In this document: in pieces, positions 1 through 10,226 of the stretch
How positions within the stretch are numbered: the stretch's first letter is position 1
Layout of the letters: the number at the start of each line of letters is the position of its first letter
From: a virus
DNA length: 64,000 nt
Direction: 5' to 3' (one strand)
IMG/VR virus record: IMGVR_UViG_3300045988_062648
Coordinates: 26,514-90,513 of that record
Program-made: the position numbers and the translations under genes
The notes under the pieces: generated by a model
The model's input: only the letters and a program-made list of their open reading frames with translations
The model's database searches: none
Told to the model about the DNA's origin: nothing

Positions 1-51
1 ACTGTAAGACAAACGGATGAAGTTCCGAATACAGTTAAATTTAATGGTTAA
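1..51 (+). CDS. 3' end of an upstream structural gene (partial)
   Basis: Open frame from position 1 to TAA at 49-51 (…TVRQTDEVPNTVKFNG*). The next gene starts 3 nt later. Confidence 0.3.
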   Translation, partial: TVRQTDEVPNTVKFNG

Positions 52-54
52 GAT

Positions 55-1020
55 ATGAATTTACAAAATGAAAAACCAAAGGCTGATAAGCCTACTACTA
101 TTAGTATCTATTTTCATAAAATGCACGATAGAGCAGTTTATAGAGTAGATAAACTTGAACGAGAGTTAGAAGAAAAGAGATTAAATTGTATTGCATTAAG
201 AGACGATGTTAAGTCTCAATACAATGTTTATAAAGATAAGTTTGGTATTAATCTTTTAAATTATAAAGAATTTGTAAATAATACTTATACAGATGGTAGT
301 TTTCGTAAAGCTGCAATGATGGCTTATCTTAATAGAAAGAATAATCATGAATTAACTATTGAGCTTTATAATCTAGTAAAACTAGCTAATCTTCAAAAAC
401 GAGTTAAAGAACTTGCTAAAGAGTATGAAGTTTATAAAAAACTTGCAGTAATTGGTTATAAAGAATATTGTAGAATAGTAAGTCTTTATTACGAAAAAGT
501 TCAAGAACTTATGATACTAGATGCAAAAGGTTATGCTTTTACTGGTAGAATGGGTTGGACTTGTATTAATAGATATAGGAAAAAATCAAACAATAATAAA
601 ATAGATTATGAAGCTACTAGAAAAGCTAAAGAAAAACTAATAGCAGAAGGTAAAAGACCTTATGATGCAGAAGAGGCTAAATGGTGTAAAGATAACGGTC
701 TTCCTTATGATGGTGTAAAATATATTGTTCTTAGAAATGTAGAATACGATTATGAACTTCCTTTAATAGAAAGTCATATACCAGGAGGAAAAAGTTTTAA
801 ACATATTACTTCTGCTGATTATATAAATAAAGAGCTTAGAGGCAAGTCTTATGATGATATGATAGAGCTTTGTCATCATAATATAGATGAAGTTCTAGAT
901 TTAGATATAGATATTAAAAAGAAACTTGCAATATGTCTTAGAATTAATCCTTTATTATATACTAAATATATTAGACATGAAAGTCAAAAATCATATAGAC
1001 GTATCAAGATTGATTGGTAA
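55..1020 (+). CDS. hypothetical virion/tail-module protein (321 aa)
   Basis: Long ORF in the co-oriented structural block. I recognise no catalytic motifs. Confidence 0.6.
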   Translation: MNLQNEKPKADKPTTISIYFHKMHDRAVYRVDKLERELEEKRLNCIALRDDVKSQYNVYKDKFGINLLNYKEFVNNTYTDGSFRKAAMMAYLNRKNNHELTIELYNLVKLANLQKRVKELAKEYEVYKKLAVIGYKEYCRIVSLYYEKVQELMILDAKGYAFTGRMGWTCINRYRKKSNNNKIDYEATRKAKEKLIAEGKRPYDAEEAKWCKDNGLPYDGVKYIVLRNVEYDYELPLIESHIPGGKSFKHITSADYINKELRGKSYDDMIELCHHNIDEVLDLDIDIKKKLAICLRINPLLYTKYIRHESQKSYRRIKIDW

Positions 1021-1738
1021 AATAGACAATGACTTTAATATTAGTGAAAGTGATTGGATACCTAGAGTTGCAGCATGGTGTATAGATGCGCTAGGACAAA
1101 TGAAATGTTTACCATATGAAAAGAAATGTAGAAAGTTAGAAGTTAAAGATAGAGAAGCGTATTATCCTTGTCCTATCAATATGAAAGAAATAAGAGTATT
1201 TGATAGTCGAGGATGTGAGATTGAACCTGCTAAAAATAGTGGTTGTTGTAAATGTAATTCAGGATTAGATGCTAGTAATAATCAAGTATCTAATTCTGAA
1301 ATTGCCGTTATAGATACTACTAATAAAAGTGGAGTGAATTTCATGCAAGTTGCTCAAGTTGTTCAAGGTAATTCAAATCGTAATTTTGTAATACAAGGTC
1401 AATGTATTGAATTAAATTTTGATACAGATTGTATAACTGTAGAAGCTCTTGAAGTAGCTACATACTATGATGAATATTATGATTGTGAAGTTCCTTATAT
1501 TTATGATAATGCTCTTCTTCTTGAAGCTCTAGCTTGGTATGTGTTATTTAAATATCTTAGTAGAGGAAGTAAACATCCTGTATATAGTTTAACTAGTCCT
1601 AGTCCAGTAACTAATCCTTATATACAATGGAATACTCTTAGAGTTCGCGCAGCTGTTGCTGTTCGTAATGAAATGTTTAAAGCAGAAGGTTGGAGAAACT
1701 TCTTTTATAATAGTACGTTTGATCCTAGAAATAGTTAA
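977..1738 (+). CDS. hypothetical structural protein, Cys-rich N-terminal half
   Basis: The track ORF runs 926-1738 in the +1 frame relative to the previous gene. First plausible ATG is at 977 (MKVKNH…); the first 17 codons of the track ORF overlap the upstream gene. Confidence 0.5.
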   Translation: MKVKNHIDVSRLIGKIDNDFNISESDWIPRVAAWCIDALGQMKCLPYEKKCRKLEVKDREAYYPCPINMKEIRVFDSRGCEIEPAKNSGCCKCNSGLDASNNQVSNSEIAVIDTTNKSGVNFMQVAQVVQGNSNRNFVIQGQCIELNFDTDCITVEALEVATYYDEYYDCEVPYIYDNALLLEALAWYVLFKYLSRGSKHPVYSLTSPSPVTNPYIQWNTLRVRAAVAVRNEMFKAEGWRNFFYNSTFDPRNS

Positions 1739-1741
1739 GCT

Positions 1742-4700
1742 ATGAATATTATACCAGAACTTAATCTAAATAAAACTCCTAATACTGTTAAAAATGGTAG
1801 TATTATTGGAGCTAAAAATATAGCTATAGATGATTCTGCTAGTTATATAACTAACGAGTATGGTTTTAAAGAAGAAATAGCTTTGATTCATGCTAATGAA
1901 AAGATAGTTGGTTGTATTCCTTGTAATGAAGAAATAGTTATATTTACTTACGATGGAACTACTAGTAGAATATATAGAAAACCTGATAATGGAAATATTG
2001 CAGAAATACCTACTAAATGGGAATGGAGTGGTGGTTTAATTGTTGGTGATTATACTTATAATTATAAACATCAACTTGTTATAACTGTTGGAGAATATGA
2101 TGTTTCGGATAACATTAAAGTTCCTCTTAAAAGTTGGATACTTCCTGAAATAGGAGATGTAGAAGATACATATAAAGATTATAAAATTTGTCCAGATATT
2201 CCTGCATATAATTGTAATTATAATATAAATAATTTTGGAGGTAATCTTGTATGTGGTCGTTATGTATATTTTATAAGGTTTAAAATATATGATGAAACAT
2301 ATACTAATTGGTTTAATTTAACGGATGATATTTATATTGTAAATCTTATAGAAAAACAAAAACCTATAATAAATTATTTTGCTGGTAGTGCTGGAAGTTA
2401 TGCTATAGAACAAGCCACAATGGATAACGGTAATACTACTATGGCTAACTTTTATGTACATGATGATGAAAATTTTAGCAACAAAAGTATATCTCTTAAA
2501 ATAAACATAAAAGATAGTGTTTATGATGAATTTCAATTAGGTTATATATTTAAACGTGAAAGTGAAACTGTCGGACGTATTATAGGAAATTATGATATAA
2601 ATACCAAAGAAATAGTTATTTCTACTAACTCATATATAGACGAAATATCCATAGATGATATACTTAAAAGACCTAATCAATTTTATAATGTGCATAATGT
2701 AAAAACATATAATAATAGAATTTATATTGGTAATTATGAAGAAGAAGATATAGAAGATTTACAATCTTATGCTAATAATGTTCAACTTGGATATAATACA
2801 ATTAATGCTAATAACATTTATCCTAACGGTATTATAAATGAAGGTGGAGATGATCCTGATCCAGATCCTGATCCAGATCCTGAACCTGAACCTGGAACTA
2901 ATAAATATAATATTACTTTTAATATTGGTTTTGATAGTCTTACAACAATTTTAGCTAATAATGTTTCTTATTATGAAGATGGAGGTAATATTTATATAAG
3001 TAATCCAGGCGAGTTTATAAGAGATTATTTTCTTAAAAATATATCTGTTCATAATACTGTTATTGACGCTAATCAAATTATTAATCAATCTTATGATGTA
3101 AATCAAGATGGACGTAATTATCATTTTAGTTACGGTATTCAAGTAGGAACAGGTACAGCACATAATGTGTGGTTATATGATACAGATTATGCCGATAATT
3201 ATTTAACAGGTGGAAGTAGTACATATAAAATTCGTATTAATTCAGATAATAGTATAACTTTTATAAAAGACAATGAAGAATATACTATTGATAAAACTCA
3301 AGAAAATGTAGGCATATTTATTTTATGTACATATAGAATAGATGAAGGTGAATTTCAATATGCTTATATTGTAAGTAATAAAGATTTTCATACTGTTGTT
3401 GCTTATCCTAATGCCAAATATGATATTAAATTTTGGGCTACAGTTGAAGTTGTAACTCCTCCAGCTTCTAGAAATATAGAAGTTTATGCAGATAATGTTA
3501 CAGATTCTACTCCTAATTATTTTAATAAAACTCTTGTACCAAGACAAGTATATAATTTTTTTATTCATTTTATAAGAAAGAATGGAACTTATACAAATGG
3601 ATATAAAATAAATAGTGAAATAAATAATATAGCCGATAATGATTTTATAGCTTATAAAGATGATAACAATAATATAGTAGGATATTATGCTTATGCTGTT
3701 AGAAACACAAGTATGCCTACTGAAGAAACTATTAGTGCTTATTATTATAAAAAGATAATTGCTCCTAAGTTTTATCTTGATAGTCTTCCTAATAATTTTA
3801 TTGGTTATTTTATAACTTATGAAGCTGTAGAAAATGAAGTATTTACAGCATATTGTATGAAACACAATTCCGATTATAATAATAAACGTTGGAATAGTAG
3901 TGCTTATCTTTATAATCTTAAAAGCATTAGAGGAGCTAATTTTAATTATATAAGTGATATAAATATAGCAAATAATCAAATAGAAGATTTAGAAAATGTA
4001 AATAGAAACGATATTGAAAAACATTTTCTACTAGAAAATAGTACGTGGAATGGTATATTTAATACAGATGAACCTTATATATTTACAATAGATAATAAGT
4101 ATATTTATCAAAAGAAGTTTAAAACTTTATATAGACTAACTCAAAATATATATAAAAACTTTAATGAAGATAGTTATAATCAAACAATGTATCTTCCAGC
4201 TTTTTATAATAGAGAAATAATACTTTATTATAGTCAAAAAGTTATTGGAAATATAACTGGAGATAAATATGTTAATGAACAAGGTTCTGCTGTAGCATTT
4301 AAAATATATCTTAATAATTTATATAATTATAGTGTTTATCCATATTTTGCTTTATCTATTAAACAAGATTATGAGCAAGCTATGGTTAATTTTGTTGATT
4401 ATGAAGCTGAAAATGTCAACGACCAAGAAAAAGGTTTATATTATAATGATGGTATAATGCCAGGTAAAATAAAAGATTTTCTTGAACTTAAGGCTTGTTA
4501 TACAGCAGTACCTATAGAAATATATACAAATTACAGTACCACAAATATTGATACGTTTCCTAAAACTATATATCGTAGTGATACTTATAGCGATGAAAAT
4601 TTAAATAATGCTTTTAGAGAATATCAAACAGATAATTATAAAAATATTACAGAAAATAAAGGAAGCGTTACAAATATAGTTCCAATTAGCCTTAATCTTC

Positions 4701-5695
4701 TTATTCATACAGAATACAGTTTATTTGTATTTGATAGAAGTCCTAGACTTACAAGTCTTACTAAAACTGATATTCCTGATACGTTTGATGTACAATATCA
4801 AGAATTACTTAATAAAAGTTATGGTGGACTTAAAGATAGACGTCAATCTATAATAACTAATTTTGGTTATATATGGTATGATATTGTAAATGATATTATA
4901 TTTAGATTTGATGAAGGTAAAATTAATATTCTTAGTGCTCCAATTAATACTTTCCTAAAACAATTACAAGTAAATGATGTTAGATTTGCATTTGATAGTT
5001 TTAGAAATAGACTTATAATAAGTTTATTTACTGATACTTATGGTGTTGTTACTTTAAGTTATAATTTTAATACTGAAACTTTTATAAGTGTTCATGATTA
5101 TTATTTAACTGAATGTTTTAGAACAGCTACCAAGGATTATATATTTAATGATATAAAATCAAATAATAAATTATATATTTATGATAGTGATGAATTTGAT
5201 TATAAAGAATTAACTGATAAAAGTAATACTTTATTTGATAACTATACTACTAATAATAAACAAGATAGATATATAGATTTAATATATAATAGTAATTATG
5301 AACTTCCCAAAGTTGTAGAAAGTATAAGTTATAATTTGTCTAATATACTAAATAATTTTGATTTAAATATAATTAGAAATACAGTAGAAGAAAATCTTAA
5401 TCGAAGATTTAGTGGAGATAGATTATATGTTTATACTGATGAAACTTGTACAGGAGAACTTAATATAAATTGTGATGATGGGCATAATAAATTAAATAAT
5501 TATAAATATCCTTATTGGGATAAAGGTAAATGGAATTTCAATTATTTCCGTAATACTGTTGCAACTACTACTAAGCCAACTAATAGTGATAATCAATCGG
5601 TAATATACGGAAAATATTTTGTAATTCGATTTATATTTAATAATGATAGAAGATTTAAACTTGAAAATGTAGAACCTAAAATAAATATATATTAA
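1742..5695 (+). CDS. large tail/structural protein (1317 aa) with an internal (DP)n/(EP)n linker
   Basis: A 1317-aa ORF. The nucleotide repeat gatcctgatccagatcctgatccagatcctgaacctgaacct at about 2848-2890 encodes GGDDPDPDPDPDPEPEPG. N/Y/T-rich composition typical of phage tail proteins. Confidence 0.6.
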   Translation: MNIIPELNLNKTPNTVKNGSIIGAKNIAIDDSASYITNEYGFKEEIALIHANEKIVGCIPCNEEIVIFTYDGTTSRIYRKPDNGNIAEIPTKWEWSGGLIVGDYTYNYKHQLVITVGEYDVSDNIKVPLKSWILPEIGDVEDTYKDYKICPDIPAYNCNYNINNFGGNLVCGRYVYFIRFKIYDETYTNWFNLTDDIYIVNLIEKQKPIINYFAGSAGSYAIEQATMDNGNTTMANFYVHDDENFSNKSISLKINIKDSVYDEFQLGYIFKRESETVGRIIGNYDINTKEIVISTNSYIDEISIDDILKRPNQFYNVHNVKTYNNRIYIGNYEEEDIEDLQSYANNVQLGYNTINANNIYPNGIINEGGDDPDPDPDPDPEPEPGTNKYNITFNIGFDSLTTILANNVSYYEDGGNIYISNPGEFIRDYFLKNISVHNTVIDANQIINQSYDVNQDGRNYHFSYGIQVGTGTAHNVWLYDTDYADNYLTGGSSTYKIRINSDNSITFIKDNEEYTIDKTQENVGIFILCTYRIDEGEFQYAYIVSNKDFHTVVAYPNAKYDIKFWATVEVVTPPASRNIEVYADNVTDSTPNYFNKTLVPRQVYNFFIHFIRKNGTYTNGYKINSEINNIADNDFIAYKDDNNNIVGYYAYAVRNTSMPTEETISAYYYKKIIAPKFYLDSLPNNFIGYFITYEAVENEVFTAYCMKHNSDYNNKRWNSSAYLYNLKSIRGANFNYISDINIANNQIEDLENVNRNDIEKHFLLENSTWNGIFNTDEPYIFTIDNKYIYQKKFKTLYRLTQNIYKNFNEDSYNQTMYLPAFYNREIILYYSQKVIGNITGDKYVNEQGSAVAFKIYLNNLYNYSVYPYFALSIKQDYEQAMVNFVDYEAENVNDQEKGLYYNDGIMPGKIKDFLELKACYTAVPIEIYTNYSTTNIDTFPKTIYRSDTYSDENLNNAFREYQTDNYKNITENKGSVTNIVPISLNLLIHTEYSLFVFDRSPRLTSLTKTDIPDTFDVQYQELLNKSYGGLKDRRQSIITNFGYIWYDIVNDIIFRFDEGKINILSAPINTFLKQLQVNDVRFAFDSFRNRLIISLFTDTYGVVTLSYNFNTETFISVHDYYLTECFRTATKDYIFNDIKSNNKLYIYDSDEFDYKELTDKSNTLFDNYTTNNKQDRYIDLIYNSNYELPKVVESISYNLSNILNNFDLNIIRNTVEENLNRRFSGDRLYVYTDETCTGELNINCDDGHNKLNNYKYPYWDKGKWNFNYFRNTVATTTKPTNSDNQSVIYGKYFVIRFIFNNDRRFKLENVEPKINIY

Positions 5696-5696
5696 T

Positions 5697-8600
5697 ATGA
5701 GTAATCGTAGAAGTCTTAAATGTGGTGGTAGACAAAAACTTGCTTGTGGTGGTAGACGTAAAGCATCGACTGGACTAGCAATAGGATTGTCAGCTCTTAA
5801 TAGTTTAGGAAGTATGATTGGTGGAATAGTATCTGCTAATGCTCAACGCAAAGCTATACAAGAATATAATGACCAACAAAGAGTAAATAATCAAATAGCA
5901 AGTTCTAATAATTTAGCTGCTTCTGTAAATAGAAATATAGCTAGCAATAGAAATCTAAATAATTTTAATTTAGATGAATATATTGTTTATAAATACGGAG
6001 GCAAAACTCGTCCTAAGTGTAGTTTTGGAACTGTATTCGCTAATATAACTAAAGGTATTAACACATTTGCTCCTTTAGCAACTTCTTTAGCTGCTGCTGG
6101 AAGTACTGCCCCTACAAGTATTGGTACGTCTCTTCAACAAGATCTTATAAATAATGCTACTGATGCTAATATATTACGTCAAGCTGCCACACAAACATTT
6201 AAATGTGGTGGTCGTAAGAAAGCTCGTAGCGGTATAGCTAGAAGACTTGAAAGTCCTTATATTACAGATGGAGGAGTAGCTATTCCTCTTGGCAACGGAT
6301 TATCTCTTCTACGGGGGGCGACACATGAGGACATCAATGAAACAGGTCAGACCGGTATTGGTATTAATACAGGTAAAGGAGAGATAGAAGCTGAAAATGG
6401 AGAAGTAATACAAAATACTGGTAAAGAACTTCGTATTTTTAGTGACCAACCAATATTTAATGGTATTAGCCCTGCTGATGCAGTTCAAGCTGGTTATAAT
6501 CCTAATCGAGTATTTAATGCTCAAGAAAGAGTTAAAAGCAGACTTGGTATTAAAAATCCTAGTAAGAAAGCTCCTTGGGGAGATAATGTAGATATACAAG
6601 AGTCAGATGCTACTAGAACTTATGCTACTCCATTTAATGAACGTGGACGTAGAACTTCTTATGCTGATAGTTATCAAGGATGGTTTGATCCAGTTAGTTA
6701 TCTTACTGGTAGTGCATTTACTATTGCAGATTATTATTCTACTAGACGTAGAGGTGAAACTCCTGAAGAATGGGCTGAGCGTCAAGCAGTAGAAGCACAA
6801 TATCGTTCTACAGGTTATGCACCTAATGTTGGCTTTCGGGGAGGAATGGGTAGAAATGCAGTACAACGTGCAGCTACTACTAGATATGCTAATCAAGTTA
6901 GAGGACAACAAATTAGACAAACAGGTAGATATAATAGAAATCAATTACTTTCTCAACAACTTGGAGAAGCAGCTCAAGCTAGAACTGCACAAGGTGCTAG
7001 ACAAATTTCTAATAAAATACGAGTTAAAAGAGCAGGACAAGAATGGACTAATGCTGCTGAAACTCCTTATGCTCCTTATGCTGGTGCTGCTGAGAGCCGT
7101 GGTGTTGCTTATCCGTATGAGAATGCAGTTGGTACATTAAATCTACCTAATGCTAGAGCTGAACGTATTAGAACTTCTATTAATAGAAGAATACAAAATG
7201 CTAAAAATAGAATAAATCAACGTAGACAAAATAATACAAATAACAATAATACTAATAACACAGAAACTAATAATTCTAATAATCAAAATGAAAGTTGGAT
7301 TAGAAGAACTAGTCGTAAAGCAGCAAATACAGCTAAGACTTATGGTAAATATGGAGCTATGGGAGTTGGAGTAGGTGGACTTATTACAGGTGCTATAGCT
7401 CTTGGAAATAGAGAAAGTATTAATACAGCAGGTACTAATAGAAATTCTAATAATCAACAAGCTGCTAGACGTAATACTTCTTCTCAGCAAAATAATAATC
7501 AACAAGCTGCTAAACCTACTAGAAGTCTTAAAGATATAGCTCGAGAAACAAATGCTGTTGTTAATCAAGACTTTTTATCTCTTAATCAACGTAATTTAAT
7601 ATATGGTGCTATTAATGTAGGAAATAAAAGAAATAATAATTCTAAAAAATCTCGTGGTAATAGAACTACTAGAGCTAACAGAAATACATCTAAACGAAAT
7701 ACAACTTCACGTAGAAGTCTTAAAGATATTGCTCGTTTTACTATTCCTAATTATATTCCTACTCCTACTAGAACTACTATAAGACGTGCTCAATCTGTTT
7801 ATGATTTAGGTTTAACTAATGAACAAATAGATAGACTTAAAGAAGAAATTACTCAAATTCCATCTAGACCTAGAAAACGTTTTAGTGGACGTAGCACTAC
7901 AACCCCCGTAGAAAGGATTGGTAGACCTAGATTTGTTATTGGAGGTTCTAATGCTTATGATTATACTAATCAATTTCTTAATAGTATAGCTCCTGCTAGA
8001 GTAGTGGATAATAGACCTATTTGGCAAAGAAGTAATTTTAGTCTTCCACAAGTAGCTAATCAAATTACAGGACAATCTGCAAACAATACATCAGTAACAT
8101 CTACAAATACAAATACTTCACCTACATTTAATGTTAGAAGTAATAATCTTGGAATGGATATAACTGGTAGAGATTGGATTGGTTTGGGTACTGATATACT
8201 TGGTAGTCTTGGTGTTGGTTTATTTAATGCTAATTCTTTAAAAGGGTTAGATGTTAATTATACTATTCCGCAATATGTAGATGAAACTCCTGTAGCATTT
8301 GATACTACTTGGCATAATGGAGCACAGCGTGCTAATGTAGAACGTAATCGTATTAATGCTCGTAATATAATTGGACGTAATACAGCTTCAGCTAATACAG
8401 CGGTTCAACGTATGCAACAAAGTGATACTGACGCTATGATGCAACAGAATGTTCTTTGGGACGAAAAAGCTAATAAAGAAGCTGAACTTAGAAATACTGC
8501 TGCTGCAAATGAACAACAAGTTCGTGCTAGAAATGCTGCTGCTAGAAATGCTTATTATCAGAATGTTGCACAAATACGAAATGCTGAACAAGATGCTAGA

Positions 8601-8936
8601 AATAATATTAGACTTGCACAAGCTAATGCGATAAGTGGAAGTCTTGCAGGTTTAGGTCAAGCTGCATCTAACTTCTTAACTTCTGCTGGTCAACGTTATG
8701 AAGATAATAATGCTCTTAGAGCTTATATAGCAAGTAGTGATGAAGGAACACTTGGAAGATTACTTTCTGCTGGAGTTCAAATAAATCCTGATATACTTGC
8801 CGGTTTGTATAATTATGAAGTACAAAGACCAAATGCTAATAGTAAAGAAAGCAAAGAACGTCGAAGTATAATGCTGAATAATTTAATTAGAAATAGAGGT
8901 TACAGACGACAAGCTAGAGGATTAGGTTTAATCTAA
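5697..8936 (+). CDS. low-complexity R/N/Q/A/T-rich virion protein (putative internal/ejected cargo protein, 1079 aa)
   Basis: Repeated K-C-G-G-R motifs (LKCGGRQKLACGGRRKA and, later, FKCGGRKKARSG). Duplicated (T/R)RSLKDIAR(E/F) segments. Long N/Q/R/T tracts and a coiled-coil-like C-terminal half. Locally higher GC than its neighbours. Confidence 0.55.
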   Translation: MSNRRSLKCGGRQKLACGGRRKASTGLAIGLSALNSLGSMIGGIVSANAQRKAIQEYNDQQRVNNQIASSNNLAASVNRNIASNRNLNNFNLDEYIVYKYGGKTRPKCSFGTVFANITKGINTFAPLATSLAAAGSTAPTSIGTSLQQDLINNATDANILRQAATQTFKCGGRKKARSGIARRLESPYITDGGVAIPLGNGLSLLRGATHEDINETGQTGIGINTGKGEIEAENGEVIQNTGKELRIFSDQPIFNGISPADAVQAGYNPNRVFNAQERVKSRLGIKNPSKKAPWGDNVDIQESDATRTYATPFNERGRRTSYADSYQGWFDPVSYLTGSAFTIADYYSTRRRGETPEEWAERQAVEAQYRSTGYAPNVGFRGGMGRNAVQRAATTRYANQVRGQQIRQTGRYNRNQLLSQQLGEAAQARTAQGARQISNKIRVKRAGQEWTNAAETPYAPYAGAAESRGVAYPYENAVGTLNLPNARAERIRTSINRRIQNAKNRINQRRQNNTNNNNTNNTETNNSNNQNESWIRRTSRKAANTAKTYGKYGAMGVGVGGLITGAIALGNRESINTAGTNRNSNNQQAARRNTSSQQNNNQQAAKPTRSLKDIARETNAVVNQDFLSLNQRNLIYGAINVGNKRNNNSKKSRGNRTTRANRNTSKRNTTSRRSLKDIARFTIPNYIPTPTRTTIRRAQSVYDLGLTNEQIDRLKEEITQIPSRPRKRFSGRSTTTPVERIGRPRFVIGGSNAYDYTNQFLNSIAPARVVDNRPIWQRSNFSLPQVANQITGQSANNTSVTSTNTNTSPTFNVRSNNLGMDITGRDWIGLGTDILGSLGVGLFNANSLKGLDVNYTIPQYVDETPVAFDTTWHNGAQRANVERNRINARNIIGRNTASANTAVQRMQQSDTDAMMQQNVLWDEKANKEAELRNTAAANEQQVRARNAAARNAYYQNVAQIRNAEQDARNNIRLAQANAISGSLAGLGQAASNFLTSAGQRYEDNNALRAYIASSDEGTLGRLLSAGVQINPDILAGLYNYEVQRPNANSKESKERRSIMLNNLIRNRGYRRQARGLGLI
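6304..6327 (-). repeat. dispersed GC-rich motif, copy 1 (reverse orientation, CTTCTACGGGGGGCGACA; intragenic)
   Basis: ctcttctacggggggcgacacatg; core 6306-6317. Confidence 0.9.
7894..7916 (+). repeat. dispersed motif, copy 2 (forward, gcactacaaCCCCCGTAGAAAG variant; intragenic)
   Basis: Core 7904-7916; encodes TTPVER in frame. Confidence 0.85.
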
Positions 8937-8951
8937 TGTTAGTAAAATAAA

Positions 8952-8987
8952 AATTCCTTTGATAATAACGATGTTATCAAAGGAATT
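8952..8987 (+). terminator. rho-independent terminator candidate after the 1079-aa gene
   Basis: Perfect 13-bp inverted repeat aattcctttgata…tatcaaaggaatt with a 10-nt loop, followed by acttatatttg (T-rich). It lies directly after the TAA at 8934-8936. Confidence 0.5.
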
Positions 8988-9017
8988 ACTTATATTTGTA
9001 AATAAATAAGTATAGTT

Positions 9018-10205
9018 ATGCCAATTAAAAATAATTATAATAGTGTCAATTTAGGTTTTTATAATGTTCCTCAAAGAGAACCTATAAGAATGAACCTAGA
9101 TGCTTTTAGTAAATCTATTGATAAGATAGATGAAAAGAATCAAAAAGCACTTCAACAACGTACTGCTATAGATGTAGCATTAAGTCAAGTAGAACTTGAT
9201 TCTAGTGAAGATGAATGGAAATTTAATTATGCTCAACGTATTCGTGACCAAATAGATGCACAAGCCGAATTTGGAGATTATAGTAGAGCACTTAATACAG
9301 CTACTATGTTAGCTGGTACAGCTGTATCTAGTCCTGAACTTATTGGCAGACAACGTGCTCATAAAGATAGAGAAGAAGCATGGAGTAAAGTACAAAGTAG
9401 AAACGATATTGACGAAGATACTAAACGTGCTTGGAATCTTACAAATAAATATTATTATAAAGATAATTATAATGATAAAGGAGATATAATAGGAGGAACG
9501 AAATGGCAATCTAGTTGGACACCTGTTGCTCACGTAGATGTTGTTCCAGAATTAGCTAAAGCTGTTTCTCTTATTGCTGCTGAAAAAGCTGGGAGTTCTA
9601 GTACTACTGGTGGTACTACAGTGAAAGAAGATGGTACTAGTACTGGAGGACAACAATCTAGTTCAAGCAGTTATCAAAGACTTACAGCTGATAGAATAAA
9701 TAAACAACTTAAAGATTATATAGAAAGTAATCCTCAGCTTAAAGCAAGTATTCTTCAAGAGTATAATGTAAATAAAATACTTCTTAAAGATGCAAAACAA
9801 AAACTTACTAATTCTACTGATCCTGAAGAAGCACAAGCATTAAGAGATGAAATTGCCATGCGAGAAGGTAATATTACTAATCATAATGGTATTAACACAG
9901 GAGATTATATGACTCTTATTTATAAAAAATATGGTAATATAATTAATAATTTTGCTTATAATTGGACTGAAAGTAGTTCTACAAATATAAGTAATACTGA
10001 TAAGTACGTAAAAGGAGCAGGTAATGGAGTTGCTCTTTCCTATAATCCTAATACTCGTGAATATACTGTTCAAGCTACAAGTATGGGACAAGGTGTTGAA
10101 CAAATTGGGCAACAACTACTTCCTATAGCTCAATCATTAAATAATACTAATCAAGGTTTAGATGCACTTTTAAATGATATTCCTTGGGCTGCACCTATTA
10201 ATTAA
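9018..10205 (+). CDS. hypothetical virion protein (395 aa)
   Basis: ORF in the structural operon. S/T/G-rich linker (SSSTTGGTTVKEDGTSTGGQQSSSSS). Confidence 0.55.
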   Translation: MPIKNNYNSVNLGFYNVPQREPIRMNLDAFSKSIDKIDEKNQKALQQRTAIDVALSQVELDSSEDEWKFNYAQRIRDQIDAQAEFGDYSRALNTATMLAGTAVSSPELIGRQRAHKDREEAWSKVQSRNDIDEDTKRAWNLTNKYYYKDNYNDKGDIIGGTKWQSSWTPVAHVDVVPELAKAVSLIAAEKAGSSSTTGGTTVKEDGTSTGGQQSSSSSYQRLTADRINKQLKDYIESNPQLKASILQEYNVNKILLKDAKQKLTNSTDPEEAQALRDEIAMREGNITNHNGINTGDYMTLIYKKYGNIINNFAYNWTESSSTNISNTDKYVKGAGNGVALSYNPNTREYTVQATSMGQGVEQIGQQLLPIAQSLNNTNQGLDALLNDIPWAAPIN

Positions 10206-10226
10206 TAATAACTAAACAATAATATT

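Noticed and set aside
926-1020. Possible programmed frameshift joining ORF 55-1020 and ORF 926-1738
   Set aside because: The overlap is in the +1 frame, not the usual -1 of tail chaperone shifts. No slippery heptamer was seen. An in-frame ATG at 977 gives a simple independent start.
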